DNA of 62,977 nucleotides, the filler included, from Dirinaria sp. TL-2023a (taxonomy: Eukaryota): NCBI GenBank assembly GCA_051941275.1. It is 5 parts of 5 records of this genome, joined end to end, with 100 filler letters (N's around TTAATTAATTAA, not from the genome) between each part and the next. Parts side by side here need not be neighbours in the genome. Positions count along the whole stretch, not along the records: positions 12,622 to 25,141 come from JAVEBF010000758.1; 4 more parts are not named here. One strand, 5' to 3'. The translations under genes were made by a program, and so were the position numbers. Every line of letters starts with the position of its first letter. The first letter of the stretch is position 1. Below are positions 12,522-25,241 of the stretch, in pieces. The notes below the pieces were generated by a model. It was not told the origin of the DNA. It searched no databases and saw only the letters and a program-made list of their open reading frames with translations.

Positions 12522-12621
12522 NNNNNNNNNNNNNNNNNNNNNNNNNNNNNNNNNNNNNNNNNNNNTTAATTAATTAANNNNNNNNNNNNNNNNNNNNNNN
12601 NNNNNNNNNNNNNNNNNNNNN
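12522..12621. other. Artificial contig linker (N44-TTAATTAATTAA-N44)
   Basis: 100-bp spacer with stops in all six frames. Confidence 0.99.
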
Positions 12622-12916
12622 GGATTGGATTAAATATGGAAAGTGGAAGGAAAAATTTTTTTTCTTTTTCTTTTCTTTTTTTTTTTTTTTTTTGGAAATT
12701 TGCATGGGAAGCTCGGAAGCAAAAGGGATTTGAACGTCTTTTTACATCTTTCCAAGTGCACATGATTCTTCTCACGTCGGTGAAACATGGTATGCATAGT
12801 CTTCGGGGGGTTTTTTTTTTCAAAAGATAGTGATGATACTCTATTGCATACTTCATTTCTGGAATCGAACAAACTCTCTTTTTTTTTTTTAGCCTCCGTG
12901 AACATGCTGGTTTACT

Positions 12917-13307
12917 CTAAGCTACATTCTCGCCCGGTATCACGCAGCGGCTGCAAATCGGGCTCGAGAGTTGGTTGCGAATGCTGCTGCTGCTGTTGGC
13001 GTGTGTGTGTGTGGATAGATCGGGATTGAAGATTTGTCGTGAAGGTCCTTCTTCGGAGATATCAGTATCGAGTTGTTGGACTGCAAGGGGATGAAGAAAT
13101 ACCTTTGCATCTGCCTGATTGCAATGATTTCCGTGATGGTAAGTTGACGAACAGGCTTGGCGCGCTCTGCTTCGCGAGTCTGCCTTTCACAGCCGGCACG
13201 TGATTGTGATCCGCCTGCTGATGTTGGCGGGAAGCTGGCTGATCGTCCCTCGGCGGCGGAGGGAGACCTCGATGCGCTTCCTCGCTCAAGACGAGGTTAC
13301 AAAACCG
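12917..13307 (-). promoter_or_regulatory. eRF1 3'-UTR: in-frame readthrough extension plus predicted 3'-UTR intron (13102 to ~13048)
   Basis: TGA-CGG stop context; frame open from 13307; donor AAG|GTATTT at 13102, branch TACTGAT 13067-13061, AAG acceptor at 13051 or 13048; spliced frame stops at TAG 12919-12917. Confidence 0.6.
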
Positions 13308-14854
13308 TCAGTCTGCAGTTTTCGTCAGCCGGTTTTTCCTTTCGGTCTTCACGCACCCTCGTACAAAACAAGGGTGGAGTAAAAGTTGGGAAAAACACAC
13401 CATCATAGAATTCGTCTTCGTCGTCGTAATCGGCCAACTGCTCAAAGTTGAGGTTGTACCTCAACAACGCTCCGATGCCACCAAAACCCTTCACGAACTG
13501 GTTTCCCTCGCTCGAGCGGTCCGAAACAAACTCCAGCGCGGCGCCGAAGTCTTTGTACTTCTCCGCCAGCCACTCGAGGAGAGAGCCGCTGTCGACGACT
13601 TCCATCTCCTGTCCGGTATCTTTGTCCATGAACATCTCGCGGTCTGTCTCTTGCTGCTTGAGCGTGTGCAGTACGACTTCCGTGCCACTGGACGCTTTCA
13701 TCACCCACCGCGTAACGTCCAAGTCTTCAAAGACGATCAGGGTCTCTGCTGCGCCGGCTTCGAGTGCTTTGAGAGTGTCATCAACGCCATAGCAGACGCG
13801 ACCGCTGTCCTGGCTGATTTCCTCGAAGTACTTCCCAATGAGCTTCTTCTCTTGGATGAACTTGACATTGCTGAGAGTCTCAGACGCAAGCTCAATGGCT
13901 TGGTTAAATCCGTTTTCCCCGCCGTAGGAAACGTCGACAACTTTGATTACTTTGCTCTGCAAGCGATTGTCGAACATGTCAGACTGGTTGAGGTCGTTTT
14001 TGAAGTCGGCAGACCCGGCCAAGATAATGCCTGCAACGTTGACTTTGTCACTAGTGATGAAGTTCTGCACGGCCAGTTCTGCCACTTTACGGACGTAGTT
14101 GTGCCGCTTTTCTTCACGCAGACGGGCGAAACGGAGAGCGGATTGTCCACCTCGGCCGTGCTTCTTGGGTAGGTCGACCGAGAATTTGTGCACTACGTCT
14201 CTAGTATTGCCACTTAGAGTTCCGAATAGAGCACCATTGCCATCCATGACAATGAAACCAAACTTTTGGTCCGACTCGAGTAGTTCGCTGAGAGCTTCAG
14301 TATGGAACTTGTTGTCGCAGAGGTATAGAGAGGTGTTGATCGGCTTGAAGGGCTCAAAATCGATGTTGATCTTACGCTCTTTGCCTTCCGAAGTGATGAT
14401 TTCACCGCAGTAGACGACGAGACCATTCGTTGGGACCTTGTTGTAGAGCTTCAGGCGCTGCTGAGTGGATGTGATGGCTGAGAGCACCGAGAGACGATTG
14501 ACACGGGATTTGATGTTGGAAGCAGTCCCCTACGATGGTTAGACAATCGCTTCAACGATGGGAACCGATGATTGGGCATACAAACTCTTCAGCCAGCATT
14601 CGCGCTTGGCGAGAAATCTGATCCCTCGGAGCTGCATCACAACATCATCAGCCTCACTTCTCTGGCGGACGCTCAATAGAAGTCAAGCGCAGGAGAGGAT
14701 AGGGAAAATAGATGGACGACGTAGACGACATACGGATAATGAGCGATATCATGGAGGTTCCATTGCCCCGCGCGGATTCCAGACGCTTGATGAGCTTTTT
14801 GACCTTCCATATTTCGAGATTCTTCTCGGCTTCGGTAGCCTGCTGAGCACTCAT
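13308..14854 (-). CDS. SUP45: Eukaryotic peptide chain release factor 1 (eRF1)
   Basis: [24 protein letters not shown] and [10 protein letters not shown] motifs. Three coding introns; the last (13400-13313) leaves a terminal exon AC-TGA giving ...DEFYDD*. Confidence 0.97.
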
Positions 14855-15763
14855 GGTGGATTGTGGTTGTTGTCGGATCCTTCAGAAATCTCCCTAAGAT
14901 TGTAGTGCTAAACGTTTGCCAAGGAAGATCTGGATGGGTAGCACGCAGAAATGTGCTCGAGGTGCTGTACCTCAAGGTACTACTTACTGTGTGTTTGCTG
15001 GAAGTGGGATGGTGCGGGATGGATTATTATCACTCGCTAAGAGCCGGTTGAGTCATTCGCCACGTATTAGATAAGCACGGGGGGTTTGGTGCTGTATGAG
15101 TGGCTGAGTAGAGCCTTGGATTGGAGTGGCTGAGTGGGGTTGTGATAAGGTAAGTGATACTCGTACATTATTGTTGTCACTCGCAGTTCCAGTTACCTTA
15201 AGGTAGCGACTGGATTCAAATCACTAGCAGAGTTAGGTACAATGTAGGTACTTTTTTCAAAATCCCATACCCTCTCATTCCCTCCATTGATCCGGGATTC
15301 TATTACCCCTAACATGCAGTCATCCCAACCCACAAGCGTCTTGGGGTGGGGTATCCCGCAGATAAATGTGCTTTTCATCCACCCGATTCTTGCTCTTATC
15401 GCTCGCTACTTCCTACCAGGCTACTGCGCACGCGAAATGGAAAACTACTCACGCAACTGCATGAATGGACCCGCTAAATGGACCCTCGATGCCAGAAAGA
15501 CATGCATGTTGCGGTCATTCATACTTTCTTCTTTTGCCTCTTCATCAAGCTCCTCAATCCTTCTCCTTTTCTTGACTGGGTCATTGTGGTTTTCTCTCCA
15601 TATCCTATGTATACCTGCCCCGCGTGACACCCTAATCTACATACCTTACTCCCTAATCAGCTAGTCTGATACTGGAGGACGGGCGGATTCTCCTACTCGA
15701 CCTACACTGTCCAACATGAACTGGTTCTGAGACTGTGACTATGAGCGGGCGTGTTAATGCGAA

Positions 15764-18068
15764 ATGGCCCATCAGCCCAGATCGAATGTACCTCAAAGCT
15801 GGGAAGACTATGAACGGGGCCTCTCACCACGGCAGGGTTCAGTTGGCTCTGAAACCAGCCATGTTCGTTTCGGTGAAGGTTCTCCAGCTGCCTTATCGGA
15901 TCGCCTTGAGATCCCCAGGTCAAGGGGCAACAACGATGACATGGAAGAGGGCTCACATCCACGAAGGTACGCTCGGAATCATATATGCAGCTAGTATCTG
16001 GCCATCGATCAAAATACAGAACGCCGAAACGCATGTGGACGTGTTGCAGGCTGACCCGGGCTCGTGATAGATCTTCCTTCTCCATGCGTGTCAGACACCT
16101 CGGAGGTGTGAACAGTCTCGAAAACTTTGCTCGCTCGTGGCAGCGTGCTGCTGGGTTTAATGAAATACCTTCGAGCCGACCTTCTTTCGTGTTTTCAGAG
16201 GAGGACGACAATGTGGGAGGACGACATCAGATCTCTCATCCGGCCAGCCAGCAGACTTCGTTGCTGAGGCAGCAACTGGAAAGAGGAAGGCTCCCTTCGG
16301 AAACTGTCGTGGATGACGGACCTACGCCCCTAGGTCCCTCCGATGAAGAAATTGGACCAACGCAAAGTGCCCCCACGTCATACGACCCACGGAAAAGCGA
16401 CATTTTGGGCAGCACTCCATATCTAGCTTCCCCTTTTGCATCAAGCTATGCCGGTCAGTATGGCTCTTTGGCTTCACGAGTCAACTCTTCGTCTATGCAT
16501 CATGCTGGTAGACTGTACAAGGAACAACAAGTTACTGGCGAGCAAGACCCTGACAAAGACCACCAGCCACTACTCTTGAAGGCGGTCGAGAGAGAAGATG
16601 GCAAAATCGTCCACGTCGTAGTTGGCCAATCGACTTTGCCTCAAACAGTTTTCAATTCTGTGAATGTTCTGGTTGGGGTAGGTATCCTGAGCTTGCCCTT
16701 GGGCGTTCACTATTCGGGGTGGCTCCTGGGGATGCCTTTTTTGCTCCTTTCGGCAATGGCGACGAGATACACAGCTAAAACCCTTGCCAAATGTCTTGAT
16801 GTGGACAATTCGCTGGTCACTTTCGCTGACATAGCGTACGTTGCGTTCGGTTGGAAAGCCAGGATAGCTACGAGCCTCATATTTACCGTGGAGCTTCTCG
16901 GAGCCTGCGTTGCACTCGTCGTTGTTTTTGCGGACAGTCTTGATGCGTTAATACCTGGCTGGAGCATAGTGCAGTGGAAGGTCTTCTGTGGAGCAATACT
17001 GATACCATTGAGCTTCGTCCCTCTCCGATTCCTCAGCTTCACGAGCGTGTTGGGCATAATGTCTTGCTTGGGAAGTAAGTCCTCCAAGCGTGTTGTGCAG
17101 CACAGCAGCTAAGACTGTACAGTCATCATCTTAGTCTTCGTCGATGGCTTGTTGAAGGCAGATCCCCCAGGCTCTCTAAGGCATCCTGCGAAGACCCACC
17201 TACTACCCGCAGCCTGGTCCTCTTTGCCGCTCAGCTTCGGTTTGCTTATGTGTAGGTCTCCCAGTTCTGTTCATGAATTCGGACACAATTGCTGAAATAG
17301 AGAAGCACCTTGGAGTGGCCACAGTGTTTTTCCAAACATATACAAAGACATGAGGCACCCCCACAAGTATCCGAAAGCAGTCAACGATACGTATATCTTT
17401 ACTGTACGTTGACAAAGAGACCTAGCGCTTGCGTTTGCTAACAGTTCAAGTATCTCGTAGAAATTAGTATGGCAGTAATTGGCCTGTTGATGTTCGGTGA
17501 CCGCATCCGCGATGAGATCACATTCAACATCCTAACGACCAAGGGTTACCCTCATGCTTTATCTGTATGCATTGTGGTCTTCATCGCAATAGTTCCACTG
17601 ACTAAAGTTCCGTTGAAGTAAGCCACAATATTACCGACGCTCTCTTCGACTTCTGGAAAATAAGATAGAGCTAATGAATCTTTCAGTGCTCGGCCAATTT
17701 TCGTTACGATCGAGGTCCTCTGTGGACTGCATGCACGCTCCGTTCCCACTTTGCCGGGCATTGCTGGTCTGCCAGGGTACACGCGAGGGCTGCTCAAGTG
17801 CTCTATACGAGTAATCCTCATCGTCGTGATCACACTAATTGCAGTCCTGGTCCCATCGTTCGATATTATAATGACTCTCATGGGTTCCGCTATGTGCTCC
17901 ACCATTAGCATAGTCCTACCTTTATCCTTCTACTTGAAAATATTCGGTGCGGAGATTAGTAGAAAAGAAAGGGGTTTGGATTGGTTCTTGATCATCGTTT
18001 GTTTAATAATGGCGAGCATTTGCACGGTTTGGGTCTTTCTTCCACAATACTCGACCGGCGATCGCTGA
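15764..18068 (+). CDS. AVT1: Vacuolar amino acid transporter (AAAP family)
   Basis: Long hydrophilic N-terminus with GGVNSLENFARSWQRAAGF, then GQSTLPQTVFNSVNVLVGVGILSLP, HSVFPNIY and many TM segments; about five introns. Confidence 0.9.
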
Positions 18069-18593
18069 GCAGGGGCAATTTGCAGAGTTCGAAGGCCTCC
18101 TAACGGTAAATTAGCGGCATTGCAGGTGTTTCTCGTGTAGGTGTACTGGTGGCAGCCTTTGCGAGATTGTCCCATTTGAACCATTCATTGAGCCCCACAG
18201 CATCGACTCATATCTTTATCTAGGCTCTTCTATATAGAGCTCCCTATTAATAGGTATTATGAACTGCACCAAAGCAAGCTATGTGATGGCAATGCCAAGC
18301 AATCGTATGACGAGGAAACTAATTGCTTTAAGTTGACGCGCGAAATTAAAGAGGTACATGTAGCATGCAGTAGTATCGCCACAACCTCCTAATGCTTATG
18401 GTTTATGGCTTATGGCTTATGGCTTACATGTAGTGAATCTTGAACGTGGCCGTCTTACTCAACACTTCATTCCAGCCTGGCATTCAAGGTAAATATTACA
18501 AGCTATTCACGATGTGAAAATTTTTGTAGCATACCTTACCGTAAGTACAGTAGTAGATGTACGTAGACGTCGGACGCGTAAGGTAAGTATTCG

Positions 18594-19730
18594 ATGATGT
18601 CTGGGGCCAAAATGCGAAGCAAGATCGCGTACCTTGGACCACCATCGTCGTACACCCATCAGGTACGTTCTCCTGAGATACTTTTACTCCAAATGTGCAA
18701 GTCTGAAGGTCAACTAGGCTGCTCTTAGCCTGTTCGGAGACGACAACGATTTACTAGAGCCTACGGTATCTATCTCAGGTATTCCTCGATACCTTTCCAC
18801 GTTATGCCACAAAGTATCCATTAACCATCTGTCTCAGATGTCTTTGAGGCGGTCCACTCTGGCTCTGTCACTTACGGCGTGGTACCGTTCGAAAACTCCG
18901 CCAATGGCTCCGTCGTTTATACACTGGACCTTCTGATAGACCGCGAGAAGCGGTTTTCGGGCATCGAGGTCTGCGGTGAGACCTACATTGATGTCCACCA
19001 TTGCCTGCTGGGATTCGGCAAAAGGGTCGCCAAAGTCGACGAAGCACCCGAATCGGGCTCGATAACCCCTACAATGAACGCACCCAACCCGGAGTCTCCC
19101 CGTACTCGTCCGTTATCAGATCTACGGCACATCCGACGCATCTACTCTCATCCTCAAGCTTTTGGGCAGTGCGAGGCATTTCTATCAACCTACCTTAAGG
19201 GCGTGGAGCGTCAGGAAGTCTCGTCTACCTCCAAAGCAGCCGAGGTCGTGGCAGCAGATAGCCTTCGAACATCGGCTGCCATCTCAAGTGAGCTCGCAGC
19301 GAATGTCCATGGTCTAAAGGTTCTCGCCAGAGGAATCGAAGATCGCGAAGACAACATGACTCGTTTCTTCATCTTAAAACAAGGGGACTCTAACCCTCTC
19401 ACGGTTTCCCTAGATTCTGCAATGCCTTCGCAACCAGCGACACAGGAGAAGTGGAAGAATCTTATTGCGTTCAGGGTCGACCATCAGTCAAGCGGAGCAT
19501 TGGCCAAAAGCCTCAGCGTGTTTGGTAGTCATGATCTCAATTTAACGAGTATCAACAGTCGACCCAGCCGCGAGCACCCCTGGCACTATGTTTTCCTGGT
19601 GGAGTTCAGTGACGAGCGAAGAGGCGGCCGGTCCGAGCAAGTCAACGCTGCGCTAAACGAGCTGAGCACACGCACACAAGGCTGGAAATGGTTGGGAAGT
19701 TGGATCGACAAAGTACCAATAGAGAATTGA
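18594..19730 (+). CDS. PHA2: Prephenate dehydratase
   Basis: IAYLGPPSSYTHQ, VPFENSANGSV, IYSHPQAFGQC, NMTRFFIL and ACT-domain NLTSINSRP; two introns near the 5' end. Confidence 0.95.
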
Positions 19731-20327
19731 ATCTCGCGCAGACATGGCAAGCGCATGATCCCGCTCCTTCAGCCTCAGCTACAGTACAGAAGCAAACTAA
19801 TACCTTCATACGTGTGGTGTATTGTACTACGATTTGCCTGCTGTGCTCTAAAAGCCTGAACGCACAACCTGACTGTCTAGACGCGCGAGACTGGCAATTC
19901 AATACTGACCGTAAGTTAGAACCCTATTGCTGCATGTTAACGAAGATGGTATAAGCTGAGACGAAGTAGAAATTTGAACGAAATGCCAAGACTTGTATCC
20001 GAAGAAATCCCGACAACCCCAACCGAGCCAACCCAGTGAAGATCCCCCGCTCTTCGCGAGCCTCACTCGACTCAGTCCTGCCCTGCACTCAACAATATGT
20101 AATAATCGCTCTTGAACTGGAACTTCGCTGAAACGCCTTCATCGGCCCAGTAACCACGCCATACTCGCTACCCCGTGTTACTCGTACCTCTGTAAACACC
20201 GAATATGGCAGCACATCAGGCGGCGTTAAGCTCATTGGTCCAGACTAGCAGCATGCGCTCAAAGTTGCTCAACGGCTACGCACTGCTGGTCTGGACCCCC
20301 TGGCCTTCAACACTTTTTTAAGGGGCA

Positions 20328-20334
20328 TATAAAA
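20328..20334 (+). promoter_or_regulatory. TATA box of the GH3 gene
   Basis: TATAAAA ~60 bp upstream of ATG 20391, followed by a CT-rich leader. Confidence 0.5.
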
Positions 20335-20390
20335 GGCACCATGCCTCCTCTCTCGAGACCACTTTCCCCCCTCATCTCCAAACTTTCAAC

Positions 20391-23010
20391 ATGGCGGATA
20401 TTAACGTGGATGACGTGCTATCGCAATTGACACTTCAGGAGAAAGCCTCTCTCACAGCCGGTAAGTCCAGTTCAACGGTTGAGGTTCGATTCGCTGACCG
20501 ATCTGTAGGCTCTGACTTCTGGCATACACATCCAATACCTCGACTTGGTATACCTGCGTTACGGACATCCGATGGACCGAATGGCGTCCGTGGTACCCGC
20601 TTCTTTAATGGGGTTCCTGCAGCTTGCCTACCGTGCTCAACCGCGCTTGGTGCTACCTTCGATGAGACGCTCATTCACTCCGTGGGTCGCCTGCTAGGCC
20701 GAGAAGCCAAGGCCAAAGGCGCACACATATTGCTGGGTCCAACTGTCAATATCCAACGCGCACCGATCGGAGGACGAGGCTTCGAATCATTTTCAGAGGA
20801 TCCATTCCTATCGGGCACGCTATGTGGGGCATACTGCAATGGAGTACAAAAAGAGGATATCATTACAACTCCAAAGCACTTTGTCTGCAACGACCAGGAA
20901 CACGAACGCATGGCAGTGAATAGTATTGTCACTGACAGAGCGCTTCGGGAGATCTACTTGATGCCTTTCATGCTTGGGATTAAAATCGCGAGGCCTGCCG
21001 CCCTCATGACAGCATATAACAAAGTCAACGGGATCCATGCAAGCGAGAATACGATACTCTACGACATTCTAAGGCGAGAATGGAAATGGGATGGCTTGGT
21101 TATGAGTGACTGGTAAGAAGTTAACCGTCGCTCAAAACGCTGGGCCTAGCTGACAAGTTTTTAGGTTCGGTACATATAGTACGCCAGACGCAATCAACGC
21201 CGGCCTGGATCTTGAGATGCCAGGGCCCACCCGATGGCGAGGTCAAGCACTGCCTCACGCTGTTACATCGAACAAAATCCGTGAATACGTGCTTGATGAG
21301 CGTGTTCGTGCAGTACTAAAGACTGTAAAGCTCGCCGCAAAATCAAAAATCCCAGGCAACGCTCCAGAGAAGGAGCTCAACGAGCCGGAAGACCGCGCGC
21401 TCTTAAGGCGTGTTGCTGCTGAATCCATCGTTCTTCTCAAAAATGAGAGCAAAGTCCTGCCGTTCGATAATACGAAACCTATTGCTATAATGGGCCCGAA
21501 CTCAAAGTCAGCAGCGTACTGTGGTGGGGGCAGTGCATCACTGGCACCATACTACGCCGTTACTCCATTCCAAGGGCTGTCGTCGCAGTGCCATTCCACC
21601 GTCCACTACGAGCAAGGCGCATATGGTCATAAGGAGCTGCCCTTACTGGGATGCTTACTGCAGCATCCCGATGGCAAGGCAGGATTCCGCTTTCGTGCGT
21701 ACGACAAGCCACCAACCGCAGCTGACCGAAAGCTCTTGGATGAGCTACATCTGACACATTCGTATATGCAATTTATGGACTACAAGGTCCCCAACCTAGA
21801 GGGTTCCTTGTATTATATTGATGTCGATGCGATCTTTGTGCCTGCAGAGGATGGATTATACGACTTCGGCCTCACAGTTCAAGGCACGGCCTGCCTGTTC
21901 GTCGACAGCAAGTTGTTGGTGAATAATGCAACGAACCAGCGGCCAGGATCTAGCTTCTTTGGCGCGGGTACGATGGAAGAAACTGGATCGGTCGATCTGC
22001 AAGCGGGAAAAGCATACTCTGTCAAGGTCGAATTTGGCACTGCACCTACATCGACTTTGCAGCGACCTGGTACTGTATCATTTGGCCCCGGTGGCCTCCG
22101 CATAGGAGGATGCAAATCCCTCGATCCTGAGGCGGAGATTGCTAAAGCTGTTCGGCTAGCTTCAGAGTGTGAGCAAGCTGTCATCTTCGCTGGTATTAAC
22201 GGGGACTGGGAGAGCGAAGGTTATGACAGACCTAATATGGACTCGCCCCCATACGTTGACGAGTTGATCTCGAGAGTCATTGCTGCGAATCCCAGGACCG
22301 TTGTTGTCCTTCAGAGTGGTACTCCAGTAACGATGCCATGGGCTGACAGCACAAGTGCCATCGTTCAAGCATGGTACGGCGGAAATGAGACAGGCAATGC
22401 GATTGCCGATGTGCTCTACGGCCAGGTGAATCCATCTGGAAAGCTCCCGATGACATTCCCTCGCCATCTTGCGCAGAATCCTGCATTCCTGTCGTTTCGA
22501 TCAGAACGTGGTCGCGTGCTGTATGGCGAGGATGTTTACGTTGGATACCGCTACTACGAAAAGCTTTCCATCTCTCCATTGTTTCCTTTCGGCCATGGCA
22601 TCTCTTACACCACATTTCGCTTCTCTGACCTCGAAGTCACTCAGTCGCATTCCGAAGCTCCGGCATCATCTGCAGAGGCTTCAATCACGATTCATTGTTG
22701 CGTGGAGAATACTGGCACCGTAGAGGGCGCCGAGGTCGTCCAAGTCTACATCCAGCAAAAAAACCCTAGCATATCCCGACCGCTCAAAGAACTAAAAGGA
22801 TACAAGAAGGTCTTTCTCCAGCCTGGCGAGAAGGAGTCCGTGAGAATTACGATGGAGGGGCGATATGCATGCAGCTTTTGGGACGAAGGGAGAGACAAAT
22901 GGGTAGTGGAGCAAGGCAAGTACAACATAATGGTTGGGCGGAGCAGTCAAGCCGATTTCTTGGAGCACCAATTGGAAGTGAAAACAACTGGTTGGTGGGA
23001 TGGGCTTTGA
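20391..23010 (+). CDS. Intracellular GH3 beta-glucosidase with PA14 and Fn3-like domains
   Basis: [29 protein letters not shown], catalytic [25 protein letters not shown] and PFGHGISYT; no signal peptide; two introns. Confidence 0.95.
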
Positions 23011-24535
23011 AAGCTTAGATGCGGGCAAATTAGAAGTGGATCCTAGAGCGTGATGAGCTTACGACACCATACGCCTAGATCGTAAGTACGCTATGAATGG
23101 GATCGAAACTACTGTCTATAGAAACCTATCGAGCAGAGAGGGATCTATACTTTCTTTTCACCAAATTGGCTTGCTATCACCACCCCAGATCAATGCCCGA
23201 AGCCTGCTCAAGCAGCAAGACGAGCAATCCTTCCTTTTCTTTTCCCTTCCTTCCCTTGTAGGAAACAAAACGGATGGCTCGAATTCGGGAGCTCGGGCAT
23301 GGATTTGCTCAACGCATTGAATTAATAGCTGAGTTGGTCCGCAAGCTGCCGAATTTTGGACCGGTGGTCGGCAAATTTCAACATTTCTTAGTCCTTTGCC
23401 TCTGACACTTGATTGGTGCACGGCATCGAGTTTCCTAACGGCTGAGCGAAGGAATATCCACACGCCTTGCTGGGAATGGAACATGCCAAGCTGAGATCAA
23501 GGGTGATTTGGCGTGTGCATATATGTGGCGAAACCTTGGGGTCTCGAAATTCTACCCTCCCCTACATGCCCAGTGTACGAGCTAATTTTTTTTTTAAAGA
23601 AGTCTGTCCCACGACAGTAAGTAGTGATATTTGCGCATGTAGGGGAGAGAAAAAGTTTTGGATGCCAACATTCCGCAACATACATGCACACGCCAAATCG
23701 GGACGACTTCAACAATGCCGAACCTGCCTACGCAGCAATGTCGAGCTGATCCCACTGGCGCAGGATGAGGACGTTTGTGCAAAGGAGCTCACTTTTGGAT
23801 CTAATTACGCAAGGCAGGCTCCATATCATACAGCACAGCCAAAAGAGCCGTCTTAGCGGATCAAAGCTCCACTTTCTTGGGCAGTAATGAATATCCATTT
23901 GCCACGAGGCTGAACTTCGCCTACGGAGGCCAGAGTGACATGTCAGGATCCATAGACAACACTCCGTCAACCGATTCAGCCTCTTGTCCTTTTCAACGGA
24001 ATAGCGCTCAGGGTTCGGATGTACTTGTCTCTCAATTGCGCCTTTCCACTTTAATCAAAGGTTTCTCCTCAATCTTTGACCCAATTTCGCTTCGAATCAA
24101 TGCTTAGGGGTCAACCTTCTTTCGCATGCTGTCGGATTCTTCATTTGCTGTTGAATTTCTGCACATCTGATTCCGTGGTACCGGGTCAAGCACGACATGT
24201 GGCGGACAGTCAACGCAAGACAACTGTTCTTATGTCTTGCGATGAATTTCACGGGTGCGTAGCATTCCGCCGCATCGCGGACCTTGTGCGGGAAGACTTT
24301 TTCAAGTCGAATGAGATGTGTTCGAAAATTGGGAATGGCTCGTGGCTGAAGATGTGGAGGCTCGAGCCTCCATCTCTCACACGTTGTAGCATTCATTGTT
24401 GAGTGGCCGTCGTAGTTGCAACTCGACATATAGAGCCGTTTCCTATCTCCAACTGTCACCTTTCAAAATTTCCTGTCCTGCTCTTTCTCCATCTCAGAGA
24501 CCAAAGATTTGAATAATATTCGCACAAGTGCAAAC

Positions 24536-25141
24536 ATGCGGTCGTATTCCCTTTTGTTTGCCCTGTCTGGGTTAGCTGCTTCGTCCCCTATAATCGAGCC
24601 ACCAGCCGTTGTCGAGCTATCATTTTCGCTTGCTACAGTTGATTATCCCTCGACAATTGAAGTTGCGGCAACCAGTGATACTGGAAAACCGCGATTCTTT
24701 GACCGCCTGACGGGCCTGGTGAGGAGGCAGGCAGGCGCAGCTGTGGCAACCTCCACCGTGACGAAGACTGTTGCCTCCACACCTGCGGCGGCGTCCAGCT
24801 CAGTCAGCTCTGGATCCGCTCTTGTCTCTTCGACTACGACGACTGTTTCGAGCTCCTCCAGCTCCAGCGACGTTGCCGCCTCCACAACTTCGGCGGCGTC
24901 CAGCCCAGTCAGCTCTGACTCCGCTCTTGTCTCTTCGACTACTACGACTGTTTCGAGCTCCTCCAGCTCCAGCGACGTTGCTGTCTCCACAACTTCGGCG
25001 GCGTCCAGCTCAGTCAGCTCTGACTCCGCTCTTGTCTCTTCAACTACGACGACTGTATTGAGCTCCTCCAGTTCCTCCAGTCCGGTCTCTACCTCGATCA
25101 TCACGGTTTCTAGCAATAGCTCTAGTGCAGCACCTTCCGAG
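24536..25141 (+). CDS. Secreted Ser/Thr-rich tandem-repeat (cell-wall/mucin-like) protein, 3' truncated by contig end
   Basis: Signal peptide MRSYSLLFALSGLAAS-SP, dibasic LVRR-Q Kex2-like site, 35-aa Ser/Thr repeats. Confidence 0.75.
24786..25085 (+). repeat. 105-bp coding tandem repeat (~3 copies)
   Basis: CGGCGGCGTCCAGC.CAGTCAGCTCTG units start at 24786, 24891 and 24996. Confidence 0.95.
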
Positions 25142-25241
25142 NNNNNNNNNNNNNNNNNNNNNNNNNNNNNNNNNNNNNNNNNNNNTTAATTAATTAANNN
25201 NNNNNNNNNNNNNNNNNNNNNNNNNNNNNNNNNNNNNNNNN
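25142..25241. other. Artificial contig linker
   Basis: N44-TTAATTAATTAA-N44. Confidence 0.99.

Noticed and set aside
12566..12577. Repeated TTAATTAATTAA palindromes as a biological repeat or CRISPR-like array
   Set aside because: Always embedded in N runs with identical 44+12+44 layout: an assembly linker.
14480..14640. eRF1 N-domain substitutions as a sign of stop-codon reassignment explaining in-frame stops
   Set aside because: GTS, TASNIKS and YxCxxxF motifs are intact, and TAA, TAG and TGA all terminate conserved genes in the window.
18581..18590. ATACTTACCT on the minus strand (also ~32329-32338) resembling the U1 snRNA 5' end
   Set aside because: Downstream sequence lacks recognisable U1 stems and Sm site; better explained by the GGTAAG intergenic motif family.
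19728..19860. Cryptic peroxisomal PTS1 by readthrough of PHA2, mpdA or the GH3 gene
   Set aside because: Stops are not in TGA-CTA context and the extensions do not end in an SKL-like tripeptide (SKL after PHA2 is internal).
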